A stretch of 64,000 nucleotides of DNA. It comes from Chrysomallon squamiferum. Taxonomy: Eukaryota > Animalia > Mollusca. This document shows positions 1-15,009 of this stretch, one piece after another. Both the position numbers and the translations under genes were made by a program. The notes below the pieces were generated by a model that ran no database searches, was not told the origin of the DNA, and saw nothing but the letters and a program-made list of their open reading frames with translations. Location of the stretch: contig CM022679.1 in the NCBI GenBank assembly GCA_012295275.1, positions 17,856,001-17,920,000 of the forward strand, in the 5' to 3' direction. Each line of letters opens with the position of its first letter. The first letter of the stretch is position 1.

Positions 1-1329
1 GTTAATCCATTGCTTTGTACGGCCAAGTACCCGTTCACTTCAACAAACGATTATGCCTTCAGCCCGTCCATACAAATAAACCAATGAGCATTAATTTTGA
101 AATAAAATCCTGCCTGCATTATGTGATCATAGTGAAAAGAAAGTCAGTTATTTTTAACCTGTAATCGCTCGGAGAATGAAGCAAAACGAAATTTTCCTGG
201 AATAAAATGTAATTAAATTGATATCACTATTCCTATTATTAGGGAATTCACTCAAAATTTCAAAATTACTGAATATCATTTGAAGCAGGACCTCAAAAGA
301 AACAATTAGCACTTTGAATTTTTAAAATTGGATGAGTAGTTTATGGGCTACGTCCTATCAAAGATGCTAAAATGCCCAATTTTCTGAGAAAAGGTGAGCG
401 AGTAATTACGTTACGTGTTGAAGCAAACGCGGCACCAGAAATACCAAATTTTTCTGTTCTTGTACATTTACGTTTCAAGTTTCAACAACTTTTATCCAAT
501 TTTGCATACTATTAAAACAAACACTATGAAAGTCAACCGTCAACATTTTATTATCCAATGTAATGACCTTGACGTTATTTGCATATAATATAGATACGCA
601 CGCACCCATCTCTCAACACAGAAAGTGAAAATAATGTATTGCTCCCGTAACATTTGAAAACAAATTTCTATATATTTGATCCCCACTTGATAAAGATAAA
701 TAATTATGTATTGTATAGAGTATAAAGTATACTAATTATTATATTTGATTTTAATAATAAAAAAAATGTAATAACGCAAAACCAATAGACGAATGAATTG
801 TTTCTAGCCCCTACAAGTACAATTCAACTAAAAACCAAACACCCCTAACAAATATGAAATACATTTGCCCGCCATTTTGAAGACGGCAACGGAGCGTTCC
901 ATTATAGTATTGAAGGGCGTTAATAGTTTCATAAATTCGCTAGAATTTTATTAAATATCAAAACATTATTCAATCATAAAATAAATAGCATTAAACAAAA
1001 TTAGATTTTGCATTTGTAAACTATCAGTGATTACAAAATGGCAGTTAATCGTCTTCTGAATTATACAAGCTATTTTCACTACTGCAGACGAAAAATCCGC
1101 CATTTTAATATTTGATCACCGTATGTTCGGTATATCGGTTCAAAAACTTTGCAAGCACTACTTCAGCCTAACATTATTTTGATCTAGAACTCATATGTAC
1201 TTGTTCAGAAGATATAAATTTTGAGCGAATCGTGGCTACTGTATGGCGGATACGTGATAAAAGCTGTGCACAACTGTCAGAAAGTATGAATTTAGAATTA
1301 TTTTATGTTGAAAACACCTATTTAAAAAA

Positions 1330-1353
1330 ATAAATAAATAAATAAATAAATAA

Positions 1354-1413
<60 letters not shown>

Positions 1414-1427
1414 CATAATAATAATAA
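1330..1427. repeat. (TAAA)n(AAT)n compound microsatellite
   Basis: Directly visible. Similar (AAT/ATT)n tracts near 4089, 9174, 16943, 18141, 19030, 25020, 27109, 29393, 33151, 39657 and 39839. Confidence 0.95.
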
Positions 1428-1609
1428 GTTTAAAAATTACTTTGACTACATAATTTTAAATATGAATCTGTAACATTGCCTGTTTAAATTGTTTCCCGTT
1501 AAATTTTAATTCAGCATACCTCAAAACTTGAAGTCATGCTGTCTGCCTTAAATCGTGTTTCTTGTGAGTTTGCCTGAATGTCTCATTTATTATACATATA
1601 GGAAAATAT

Positions 1610-1668
1610 TTACGAGTTTAATTCGTTCCGTGACCAAGCTCGTAACTCAATTTGCTCGTATATCAAAT
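1610..1668 (-). mobile_element. Terminal fragment of the same Tigger/pogo family
   Basis: ttacgagtttaattcgttccgtgaccaagctcgtaactcaatttgctcgtatatcaaat matches about 35140-35198 directly and the reverse complement of about 23336-23394. Confidence 0.8.
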
Positions 1669-1758
1669 ATGTGTCACACAGATTCGCTGTTAGAAAATTA
1701 TGGAAAATCATATGCGTTACGCTTTCAAATCTTGCGTATAAAAAAATTTCCTCCTTCT

Positions 1759-1861
<103 letters not shown>

Positions 1862-4088
1862 ATACTCATACACTCTCCATTTTCATATCGCAAATAGAAA
1901 CTTTAAACTGAGTATTAAGAATATAAATGTATTCAACATTAATGACAAACATAATTCCATAAACAATGCATGAAATTAAGTAGATTAGATGTTATCACAT
2001 TTCGGCTGAAAATTAAAATATAATTATATTATAAAATTTGCTATCTGTAAGCAATAAACGAAAAACATATGACAAAAACATCAAATTAATATAAAATAGA
2101 ATTATCCTGATATTACTTGTTTCTATTCTTCATGTTTCAGTGTATATTTATCTAAGTGTAACTAAATAAATGAGTGTGCTCATATGTGTGTATTTATGTG
2201 TATGCGTCTATATTAATGTTATGGAAAAAAGAAAGAGCAAGACAGAAAAAGAAATTAAGAATATATATGTGACATTTACGATTTATGATCGTTCTTGTTT
2301 TCCTAGTTTCTTTCTTCTTTTCATTCTATTTCTTTCTTCTTCTTTTTTCTTTTTCATTCTTTCTTTCTTTTTTCTTTTTAATTTTTTTAATTTTTTTATT
2401 AGGAACACGTAGCTTTATAACAGATACGTTCTTGATTTATTATATAATTATACTAGCACAGCGAACTCCGTTGTCTTAAAAGTTTAAAAATATACTATTG
2501 GTGATCCTATTCGCGGACAGTATGTTTTTAGCTTCATCATGTTTTATACATTTTTTTTTTTTTTTTTAATTTGTTAATTATTGAAGAATATTACCGATAT
2601 CCAACATTACACTGTTATTTCTTTGTCAAATTTTTTTCACAAAATATGTTAATAGCAATATTTTCATAAAACGAGATAGAACACATATACGTTTTTATTG
2701 GAATAAATACACGCGAATACATACATATATATACACACTGAAAATAGTAAGTGATTTTGACATAAAGTATTATATTTCTCAGTGATAAACCACGTTACAC
2801 AATTAACATTATTATATGAAACTGAATAGACTATAGAAATTAATTCACAAATATTCTAAGTTAGAAATCGTAACACAAATTATAATTTTACGAAATTCTA
2901 GCCGCGTTCCGCAATTATTTTTTTTTAATTTTATTTTTTTATGTTTCCGAACAAACTATGATGTAGTAGGATTAAACTGTCACTGAAGTAAATCATCTTA
3001 CATATATTTTTAAAATTAGAAGTTTCTAATTCAATTTAAAATGTTCTAAATACGTCGTTTCCAAAGTGTGTTCATTTTGTATAATATTATATTGTTGAAT
3101 ACGGGATATTAGACTCCATTTGACATTTATGCACTAAATTTACTGTCAGTTACTTGAACATGAAGGCAGTATTATCCTTAAGGTGGCCAAAAGTGTAATT
3201 TGTAGTAGTTTTCGATTATTTTAAATCCTTTCTATCAACATATTTTGTTCCCCCGCCCTCTTCAAAAACACATTATTTATTAAGATCAGTTTATTTTTTA
3301 TATATCTAGTAACTATATCTTTTAGTGATAACTCGTGAGTCATCGGACTATGGAAAATATTAATAAAATCATATTACCTTAGATCGATTATCCAGATGTG
3401 GTACAACATATTCACTGAAGAACATCTACATAAATATATCTAACTAATCCGTATTATAATGCAGAGTAAATCGAATCAGCAAATTTCAAAGTAATATCAT
3501 TTCAATCGCGACGATATCTTAAACAGCTGATTGATTTTTATTATTTATTAGTGGAAATCATTTAGGTATGCCGCTGTTGAAATAAAACCGTAACTTGGAA
3601 AGCTGTTTCGTATGCAATGTCCGTTCTGCACCTTAACAATGAGGAAATAGAACTCTTTTGTGTCAGAGAAAACTATTTTAGCACGGAAGTGATGGACTAT
3701 TTTAGTTTTTAGTTCCATTACTAGTGGATCGCGGCGGGTTCATTTCCTTAATTCATTTCTTTATGGATATGTTTTGCCAGCAAACAACTGCTCTCTCAAG
3801 AAAAACATTGTAAAGTGATATGGAGTACCCAGCATGTATATCTAAGCCATCACAGTGATGGTTTAAGAATTGTGATTCAGAATAATTTATTTTTATTTTT
3901 TATTATTATTATTTTTTAATTGAAAAAGGCGGCAATAATGTAACGTTACAATAAAATAGTCATTTAAAAATAATTCTATGTATGTTGATTGCAAACTGAA
4001 TTACAGACATTGCCTTTATTTGGCATCAGTCAGAAGTCTGTCTGGCATTAGTAATTATTTATTCTTAATGCGTGCCTAATTCCTTTCA

Positions 4089-4148
<60 letters not shown>

Positions 4149-7100
4149 TAAATACTCTGATTTTAGTGCTCATATCTATCTGATTATAGACAGAGAAAAA
4201 TGTAAATAGAAGATATCTGGTGCTAATAAATTGTCAATACAGAGTCGTGTCTGCACATATTTATCGAAAAATGAAAACTTGATACTGTTATTCTGAAATT
4301 ATTAATGTTTGTCAATATTAATCATGTTTGGTGATATAGAATTTTATGCTTTTTAATTATTTGTACCTTTTTATGTAAAAACTGTAAATCTTAATTATCC
4401 ATTCGAAAGTTATTAAATGAAATAACATTAGCACATAGATTTATAAATTCATAAGCTCACTCTATCACAGATTGGGATAGACTTTGAAGAGATGTAGTTT
4501 CTCTCATTAAATATTCCTTAGAGTCACAAAAAGCATATTCATGCACCAATATGATAATCCTGTTTGGGAACATACCCATGCTTGCCGAACCCTGCCATTC
4601 CGTCAGTAAACCCACGAAGTCTAGAAGGCAGGGACAGGTTATGTTTTGACAGAAAATACGATCTCAGAAAACTGTTTCAGACAGAAATATGATTTCACAT
4701 AGTGATAGAAAAGGTGAAATATATTTAATTTACATAAATCAAAGGATTGCTGAGTTAGCAGAATTGCGTTTTATTAAAGTACACTTCCTTGGTGAGACAG
4801 AAACAGTGATGTACTACTTGTAATTTTCAGTGCACAAGTTTTAGCTTTTTATATTAGCATCTTGAAACAATGAAAATAAATTAAATTTTTATAATGTATT
4901 TTATCGTTATATATAAACAGAACGTCACATCTATATTACTTCCTTTTATGTTACTTCTAATTTGTCATTTTAACTTACTGCATTGCATTCTTCACAGCGT
5001 GCTGCCATAGCTATTAGTCTGAAATAGTTAATTTTTCCATTTCCAAAACAAATATCAAAATAGATATTTATGCATTATTTATTTATTTATTTATTTAGAT
5101 TTACAATTTCTATTCAACAGTCACTCACATTTTCCTATGAGGAGGTAAACAACGTCAAAGATAGCTGGCTTGGGACTATATACTAAATTTTCTAATTGTG
5201 TTTAGCATTTAAATTTTAAATTTGACCTTCCTGCTGACACAACATTTAGTCAAGTCCAGTAGAGGGTTACAGATACACCCAGCTATCTCAAGGTGTGGTG
5301 CTGCTGTAAATCAACTGAAATGGTAGTGCCATTGTTGAAAATAAATTTGTATCGTTGTAAAAGTTTTCCCTATTACAGAACGATTCTGAACGAAATCTAA
5401 TTAGACGTTTGGTGGATCGACGGGTCGAGGGTAAATTATTTCTAATTTCAACCTACACCTGAAAGCTTGTTTCAAAGTCTGTAGCATGTGCTTTACCGTC
5501 TCTGACAATGTGTATAAGAAAGGATAAAAATCGGCAAAGTAACCAGTACAAAAGTGTATATACGTATCATTAAATAGATATTATTTAATAAGTAAGAATA
5601 AAGTGTTTACACACACACACATACACACACGTGTATGTGTGTATATGTGTTAACAGACTGTGAGTATAATATTTTTTAGATATGAGCATAAAAATTTCTT
5701 ATCACAATATCAGAATGGACAAATAGATATAGTTTTTTTTCGTGCCAGTTATTTTGTCCTCCACCGTGCTAAATTCAGAGGAAACCGATGGTTAGAAATT
5801 TAAATCCGGTTCCAGTAGCTGTTCATAATAAACCACTGACCTCTGAACTACCCATTTAACCACATGACTCCTATATACCGAATCTTATTTATAGTAAACT
5901 GACCAAAACAAAAATAAAAACGAGTTTTAATTTAATTAAATACTATCTCTTTTCTTTTTCTTTCTAGACTTAACGAGAGCAAGACAGATTTCATTTAACT
6001 TTCTTCCGGTTACTTAATGGACGTCAAGAAAACGTGCAGTAAATATTTTACATTACGAGGTCAACAACTGCTAACATCGATATTGTAAAAAGAACTATTA
6101 CATAAATGGTTCAACATGACCGCCTAAAATGTGATATTCGATTTGTAAGTAATACTGATTATTTTTATTATTGATACATATTATAATATTAGTTACATAT
6201 TTTAATTATTTTATGGTTTTATTTTTTTAATACCGAATAAAGATACGTTAGATAATAAGATTACCTCTATGTATCGGTTGAATGTATTCGGACAACTGCT
6301 TGATTGTCACCATTCGATATAAAGGTTACAATAAAATATAATGTTTGTCACATTTTGTAATAATTATATTTCAGAAACGTCTTTAAATAAAACCCAGCTT
6401 CAGTTGAATAAAGTATCGCACAAGGTATTATTAAACTGCACGAGTTTTAAGCCCCACCTAACCATCAGCTAGAACACAAATCATATCACAAAGACAACAA
6501 CGAGGATTCTTATTAAACTCTGGAGCAGCAATTTACCAACTGAAATGAGTGAAATGAACACTGGAATTAACACAATACTAAAACCAAATAAATGAAGTCA
6601 GATGGATTACAGCGGATTATAGTAAGTCATTGCATTTTTCAGGTATGACCGTTTACATGAGCTATATTCTTATAGTGTAATTCCCTGTTTATATGCCTGT
6701 AAAATACAGAACTTGATCTGCATACAGAGACAATGATCTCTGCAAAATACACACGGGCTAACATAACGATGACGAAACAATTAATTATAAGTAATGCTGG
6801 TAACCGCAGAAATATAGTATTATATATATTTTTTTTTTTTTTTTTTTTTTTTTTACTAGTTTGGTACATGCATTTGCAATATTAAAATGAGTTCTTTGAC
6901 AAAAAATTATTATTTATGAGTGTCTTAAAATTATAGAAATTATAAAAATATTAATGTACCATGTATTTATCTATTTATTTATTTATTTATTTTTATTGTT
7001 GTTGTTGTTGTTGTATTTGTTTTTTTTTTTTTTGTTGTTGTCTTACTTTTGTAGGAATTTTCTTTTTTCTTCTTTTTTTTTAACTTATCTATTATTGTTG

Positions 7101-9173
7101 TTGTTGCTTTAGTTTCTTTAACATTATTCGTTCGTGACAATGAAACACGAAAACAAGGAAACAAAGTGCAAATGGCAGATTTTATTTGAAATAGGGATGT
7201 TTTAAAACATTCCTGTTCTCTAAGGAGTGGATGAACAACACAAAACCCCCAGTTCTTAACATAATATAATATTTTTAATTACAAATAAAGTATTTGACAA
7301 TATGATATTGTCGATAAATAGTACAATTTTGGTGTTTTAACTACAGTCAAAATAATTCTTGGTTACTATATTACAGTTCTGTTAACTGAAATTTGGTCTA
7401 TATATAAAACAAATAATTATTCTTTCACATGAAATATCAAACTGATAACTCAAACATCCTGATTTAATTTGTCCATGTTAATTACTTCTCCAAAGAATAA
7501 AATAAATTACTGTTTGCATCACATAAATAAGGCAGAATTATCAAGACCGTGTCTTTACTCACAGAACTTCTACACGGATGTATTGACTCGTTTTTCCCGC
7601 CAGTGACTCACACGAAAAAGTGGTAGAACCTTACATATGATATGTCTTGACGTTGTGTATTCTGCGGAAGTTATTATTTTCAGTATGGTTTGATCGATGA
7701 TCTACATTATGAAGGAATCAGCCTCCCGAAATTATCGGTTAAATAATAAATTTAGTTTCTGTGATACACTGCATTTCGGGAATATGACGAGATTATCAGC
7801 CGCGAAATACTCCATGTATAGATGTTTCACTAATGGAATATGGTTGTGTGTGTATGTGTGTGTTTGTGCGTATGTGTGCGTGTTTGCGTGTGTGTGTTTG
7901 TGTATGTGTGTGTATATTGCTATTGTGTTGTAATAGTTTTATTTTTTATTTTTTTATTTATTATATTATTATTATTTTTGGGAGGCGGAGGTTGTTTCTT
8001 TTCTTTATAGGTAGATAGGTTAAAAGATATAATTCGAATTGGCTCTTTGCTATCTAAATGTTGTGTACTTCAGAATTTATTTTAGTAACATTAGTATTAG
8101 CAAAGGATGATAATAAAATAATACATAAAATATAGGAATGCCGCAGTTTACGTCTTCACAAATGCACACAATCACACACATACACACACACACACACACA
8201 CACATACACATTCTTCTTTTCAGTTCTTGGTATCATCAAAAATCGAAGCACGTCTATCATTTAGCCCGAAGACCTAGTTTGACGATGGAAGCCCAAGGAC
8301 TTCGCAGAGCGTTAAATGAAAATCTACAACCCAGCTCAACTGTGAAATAGATGCTGGCTTCTTATCATAATAAACTGTCTCTAAACTATAACATTGCACA
8401 AAAGCTGGATCATAAAGATTTAAAGAATAAATAAGAAAACAAAAACAGAAAAAAATAATTTATGAAATTTTTTTTATGAAAGAAGAACATTAAAATAAAT
8501 ATATTTTTATTTTTCTATATTTTGTTCTTCTTTTTTTATTCCGTGTATTTGGTATAACTGTTTATTTATTTATTTATTACTTCGGTTAATTAGCATTACT
8601 CGTAGAATTCATGTTTAAATTCTTTTTGTACCTATCAATTTATGCAGCACATTACTTTTTATTTACCTACTCACGCACACATAATACAAACGCACGCCCA
8701 TATATAATATACTATCCATACAGCTAGAAATACACAAACACGATTTTAGTCACATATGAACACGTACAGATAAGCACATTCAGTAAAATATTTTAAGATC
8801 AGCTTATTTTTCAGGAATGGGAGTGTAGCATAAAGTTTTGACTATATCTCACACAATGTATAATTATACATAATTATTTCTTTTTAGTTTTTCCTTATTC
8901 ACCAAAATAGATAAATTATACTGACATCAAACCGGTTTACATTTTTTTTTGTCACACTTTTGTTTTTGTTTTTTTATTTGTATATAGTTTTAGCTGGTGC
9001 ACGCCAGTGTCTTGGCTTGTTTCTTTTGACGTCAGAGTAATGAATATTCGTGTTATTTATAAAACGCTTTTATTGATTATAGGACAAAAATTATGCAGTT
9101 TATTAATGTTTCAAATGCCAAATAATTTACAGTCCGTAATGCATTTTTTATTAACTTAACAAAAGCAATAAAA

Positions 9174-9220
<47 letters not shown>

Positions 9221-9659
9221 TACTATTATTATTAACTGTCTCTAAACAGTCACTGTTATTATTATATGTAACTACTTAATTATTAATTCATAATTTTTAA
9301 AAGGTCATTTGAAATACATTAAAAACTTATTTCTTTAACCCATTTTGTGCCCTAATTTCTTTTCATGTAATAATTTTCAGGTTAATATCAGGTTGCCTAG
9401 CTTTTTGTTTCTTATGAAGATATTACACATACACTGTGCGTGAAAACTGTGATTTAGATGATGAAATTAGTCCCTCTGAGTACGCGTGCTTGCTGTTTTT
9501 TTCAGCACGCCGACAGTACAAATCAAAACAAAAATGAAGATTTTGCACAGAAGTTTATGTGAAATTGTAAAATAGACTCCGACAATCCCTCTGGTGGGTG
9601 CAGAGAGAGATGGTAAGGTTTCCATGTGCTTCCATCCGTGTATTTCAATGTAACTGGGT

Positions 9660-10636
9660 TTGTGCGTGTTTGTGTGTTCTCTTGTTGGTGCGTATAGTGT
9701 GTTTGTGTGTACGCGAGTCTGTGTTTATATATATATATATCTATACATATATGTACGTCAGTATCATTACATGGTAATATGTATGTACAGTTCTGTAAAT
9801 ATCTGTGTAATAAATACACGCGTCTTAATATCTTTGTATATATCTATATTTGTTTATGTGCAGTGTACTTTTGTGGATGGGGGTGGGGTTTTTTGGTATT
9901 TTGGTGTTTTGCTGTTTTTATGCTCTTGTTTGTTGGGCTGTTGGTAACTATATGTTAGTTGTATTTTTTGTTGTTTTTTTGTTGTTTGTTTGTTTGGTTT
10001 TTTTTGTCTTTTTATACGTTTTTGTCAATATGTTGGGTGTTTATGTGTTTATTTATATGGGTTTGTGTGTATTTGTTTCCGGTTTGTTTGTATTTATGGT
10101 TTCTCTGCGTGTAGGTGTGTTTATTTTCTTTATTTTTTTAATTTTATTTATGTATATATTTATGTTTGTATCTGTGTACTTGTGTGTGCGTGTGAAAACA
10201 TGTTTTAATGCGTTTTTTTGTTGTAAATATACATTTGTTTGTGTTTTTCAGTGTACATACGCGTGTGTGTAGGTTTGTTTGTATGCATTTTTGTATATGT
10301 ACAATATTATGGGTAGATGTTGCGTATTTTGATTCTCTGTGTGTAGTATGTATTTATTGGACTGTTTATGTGTGAGTTTGGTTTCTATATTTGTATGTTA
10401 CACAATATGTATGTATATGCAGATTTATATGTACGCCGTACCTGTATGTATGTATATATATTTCTGTTCGAATGTATGTATGTGTGAAGAACTTTTAAAG
10501 AAAACGCCAGAAAAATAAATAAATTAAAATAAAAAAGATGTAAGTCCTTTTGCACTAAGAGTAAAAATTTAGCGGTTCTCGGTTGTATGCTGTCAATGAT
10601 TTTTACAACTGTAATTAGATTTCTCATCATATGTAT

Positions 10637-10689
<53 letters not shown>

Positions 10690-10830
10690 CGATGTTTCTA
10701 TGTACACAGGTGTATACTATTTTGTTTTTGTTGTATGTTTATATTTTTTATATGCATAGATATATGCATAAATGATAGATAGTTATAGATAGATAGACAT
10801 AGATAGATAGACAGACAGACATGTATATAT
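9660..10830. repeat. Degenerate GT/AT-rich low-complexity tract with (GT)n at about 10639-10688 and (GATA)n-like repeats
   Basis: Directly visible. Source of the many V/C/F-rich spurious ORFs. Confidence 0.85.
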
Positions 10831-12684
10831 ATATCAGTTAAAGATAGGATTTTCAGTATGTCTGTTAGCACTCTTGGTATCGCTGGCCCTGGCTTCACTC
10901 TGGCGGATGAGTATAAAACAGGAGGCTCAGCAGATTGGTTATCCCTTTTCTCGGGAACTTCCTGGTTGGATACGTTTGTTTGAATTAATATTTCCCCGAC
11001 TATGGATTGTCCTGTTTAGGTTTCCATAACGATTTAAGAAAGACACTGAATTTGTACAATATTTCAAAAGTTCCACTCATGAAGCAATAACATGTTGACT
11101 TCTTGAATAGTTCAGTACTTAGTGTTGAATCCTTAGTTACCATATGTTGATATTTAATTCTGAAATTTATCTGTAGTTGTATCTTAGATATCCTTCCCCT
11201 CGGTGTCTGAAGCTCAAATAACCGTTATTACTATATGTACTCTAAATGGACTTATCGTTTCCTCGTTTAAATTAGGTATTTACTTTGTATACATTTTTGC
11301 TGTTAAATATATAAATTAGCGAACCATTCCATAAACAGTGTGTTTGATAAACTAGTGTAGAACACACTATTCAAACTAGGAAAGAGCACAGTGGGGAAAC
11401 TGGAACTAACTGATCTAGCACCTTTTTTATTTTCACTGCAGATCTCATTGAAAGCAACTGAGAGAAATCAATTTTATTTTCATTCCTGTGTAGGCCGTAA
11501 TGTTCAGTGCAAAAATAATACCGGAAAGACATTTCCTAAACGACATTCTCGTCAACCGCTGTGTCACGCTCTATACCGTGACTCCGGCTTTCTGTTACTA
11601 CTTAACGAAGCGAGGAAATTACTTAAAATTTTGTAGTCGGTCTCGGTATATGAGTAAAAGACAGAAGAGATTAAAACGAGAAATAAAGAAATCAGTTAAA
11701 TGTCGAGTTTCATGAATCAAAAGATCTGGTTATAAAACAATTTATGTTGTTAATAACTTGAAATCTGGATATATTGTTTTAACAAATAAGCTTTAATTCC
11801 ATTTTTTATTATTTTTAAATCACTAAAACTATTTGATCATACCTCTTTATTCTTTTTTCCGTCTTAATCACATTTCTTTCATTTGTTTCAACAACCTTCG
11901 AAGTTTTCTCTTAACTATTTTCTTCTTCTTTATGGAACGTTTTTTCCTTTATTTTTGTTCGATCATCAATTTATCTGTAATCAGTGATATATGACACTCT
12001 AGATTACTTCTAAATCAAGCTAGAAAACAATTATTGACTACTTCTATCTGCTGAAGCTATTATTGCTGTGGCTGCTGTTGCTACTGTTCTATTACTATTA
12101 TTACTACTACTACTATTACTACTGCTACCACTACTACTTCTACTAACTTCCATTACTAATAATACCCTAGTAAAATTAAAAATAATAATAATAATAATAA
12201 TAATAAATAAGCTACTATTACAATAATCTTTTTATTATTTCCTTCCGAAAATATATATGGTATAAATAAATTGGAAATAATAAAATTTAAATTAATATAA
12301 ACGTATTAAAAAATAATAATAATAAAATAAAATATGCTTTTAATAAGTAGTCTCAGAAAACATTGCAGTGAAATGCATTATAATATAATTTATATTCATA
12401 GACTATTGAAAATATTTGTAGTGTAAAATGTGTTATCAGTCCAGCACTGCTGTAAAAATTAAGACAAAAATCTGATATATTCCTATACTTCCTTGAGTAG
12501 AAACCTCTGGCAAAACTACAGAATACCCACAATAGGCACACATCACCACAACCTAGATAAGCTGTCCATCAACTCATAAGACATTGTTCTACATAAAACC
12601 CAGACAAACCTATTTTTGTCTTAATCCTTTATTCTTTTTAATGCTATACAATTTCCACTATAGACAAACCCATGCTGAGAGCAC

Positions 12685-12716
<32 letters not shown>

Positions 12717-12882
12717 CCAGCGCAAAAACATAAAGTAGCAATTATTGAGACTATAAGAATAGTGTTGCTATTTTCTGCATAAATGATACAGTTCTATTTC
12801 TGTCGTTTAACCTTTAAACCGCCAATTTATAGCATAGAGGTGTGCGCTACAGTGAATATATTTTTCTGTTTCTGCTATTACA

Positions 12883-12923
<41 letters not shown>

Positions 12924-14669
12924 AAGTAGTAATAAAATAGTAGTAAGCAGTAGTAGCTGCAGCAGTTATATTATAGTAGTAATAGTAACCGTAGTAGCAG
13001 TAATAAAAAGGCAAATGAAGTTACATGCTAAGATCTATCAACAATATTCTAAGTCTATATAGCTAAATGTTTAAAATTTATTCTAGGATTAAGAAAAGAC
13101 GGAAATGTGACTATGCAGTCAGATTATGTAAGCTGTTGCTATTAATGAATTCAACACTTTAAATTTGCCTCTTGCTTACGTTCTTACAGTTTAACAACAA
13201 CTGTCAGAATCTAGAATAAAATTAAATTTAAGTGATGAGCTAGGATATTAATAAAGTCATCAAGATAATAGAGGTAATTTCATATTCATTCAAGATGTGT
13301 TACTTATAATTAAGTTTCAAGACTAAAACATGTCCTGTGTAGTGTTAGATTAGTAAGATACAAAACAACAAAAACAGTCCATGTGACTAGCATTTCTGGC
13401 CAAAATCAATTAGTTCTCTCGGCAGTAAAGCTAGATCTATGGCGGCTAATTTCGGGCGTATCGATGGTATTTTCTAAAAGATATGTATATATATATTTGT
13501 AGAGTTGGCGTTGTTCTTTTTTACTTTTTGTTGTTGTTTATTGTTTTGTTTATTTCATGAGGGAAAGTGGTTTGCGGGTGGAGATAAGGCAAGTGTGGAT
13601 GCCGGGCGAGAAGATATCTATATTATTAACCAAAAAATAAAAAACCCTGCAAACACGACTGAATACTGTTTCACTAAAAACCTAGAATAAATAAATACAT
13701 TTATAGCTTATAACTTTTCTTTAAATAACATATGCAGTTCAACGTTAGTCTCGACAAACTACAAAATCAGTGCTCCTGTGGCTACATTGTGAAACTATTC
13801 GGGCAGTGACATAGATAATAAATTACATGGTAGACAAAATATGTTCTCGAAGATGTGTACATGAATGCTGTTGTTAGGTTGTGCCTATAATATTGTCAGG
13901 TTATATCTGCTGTTCAGTGCATGTATACTGTAATTGATCACAGCACGCTATGCGCATGTTGTATTCTCCTGACGTGTAGAAACTGACTGTATTGGCAACA
14001 ATAATGGAGCGAAAGAGATTAAGAAGAAGACAGACAGTCTCATATGTAATATAAGATCGAAATAATTATCATGATTTCATGAATAAACTCTCTCTCGCAT
14101 AAAACGGATCTGTTTTATTTAGTGTCAAACAAAACATTAAATGTAATGCTCATACATCTTTATAATACTACGGCAGATAAAAACAATGGTTACACATACA
14201 TACATACATACACACACGTACATATATATTTACACACAAGCAAAAGCGGATACACTTATGTCATTAACAAACGACATTATGGTTTCGTAATTCATGTCCT
14301 ACACAGACAAACAGTAAATCCAATGCATAGTGTCGTCAGCGTCATGTAACGATATGCGAAAAGACACACAATCGTAAAAAACTGTTTAGAACCAGTGAGG
14401 TGGATAAAAATGATATACAAATCAAACGAAAGACAGAGACAAAACATATCCAGTGGATTCATAGGTAATATAAAAAAAAAAATGGAGTTCACGGATGGAT
14501 GGCTGAAGTGTATAGAAAAGGATTTTAAAAATAGACGACTGCGTCTAAGAATTAAAAATTGAAATCTGAAACTTCATGCGAGAGCGATAATAATTAATAA
14601 TCTTATGAAAACAAAAACGATGATCTTTACCTTGTATGTATCTATGTTATGCTTTTCAGTTATTGTTTT

Positions 14670-14721
14670 GAGTTACAAGTATGAACTAAGCAGAGTTACA
14701 AGTATGAACTAAGCAGAGTTA
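14670..14721. repeat. Perfect 23-bp tandem duplication (gagttacaagtatgaactaagca, about 2.3 copies)
   Basis: Directly visible. Confidence 0.9.
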
Positions 14722-15009
14722 TAAAAATTATTCCTAAAAATAAGGATTATGTAAATAAATAAATAAATAAAACCGAGCATACTGAATCATATTTCTGAAA
14801 CGACATCAAGACTAAACCTGTATTAAGAAATACTGCACTAATTATACATTTTACTTTTTATGAACTTGTTAAAAGAAAGAAAAAAATCTGTGTATTTTAC
14901 TAATTATAGGTTATTTTGTTCAGAAGAGAGGATATTAAGATAAACTTTTAAACAATTGCATTTCTCTTATTAGAATGTGTTCATAAAAATAAATTATGAC
15001 GTTAGTTAC

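Noticed and set aside
1-1270. Sequence with repeated ccgccatttt motifs, suggestive of an old DNA transposon or Helitron
   Set aside because: No termini, TSD or coding remnant that I could identify.
3178-3634. ttaaaggtgg ... gcaccttaa as possible Kolobok-type ends, and ttaaccc at about 9336 as a piggyBac-type end
   Set aside because: Matches are too short, and no convincing partner TIR was found.
7684-7740. In-frame TGA in one reading of an exon-like segment, as possible selenocysteine
   Set aside because: The exon is unproven, another frame is open, and no SECIS or selenoprotein motif is visible.
9523-10272. Cluster of overlapping hydrophobic ORFs resembling membrane proteins
   Set aside because: They lie in a degenerate GT-rich tract that lacks stops for compositional reasons.
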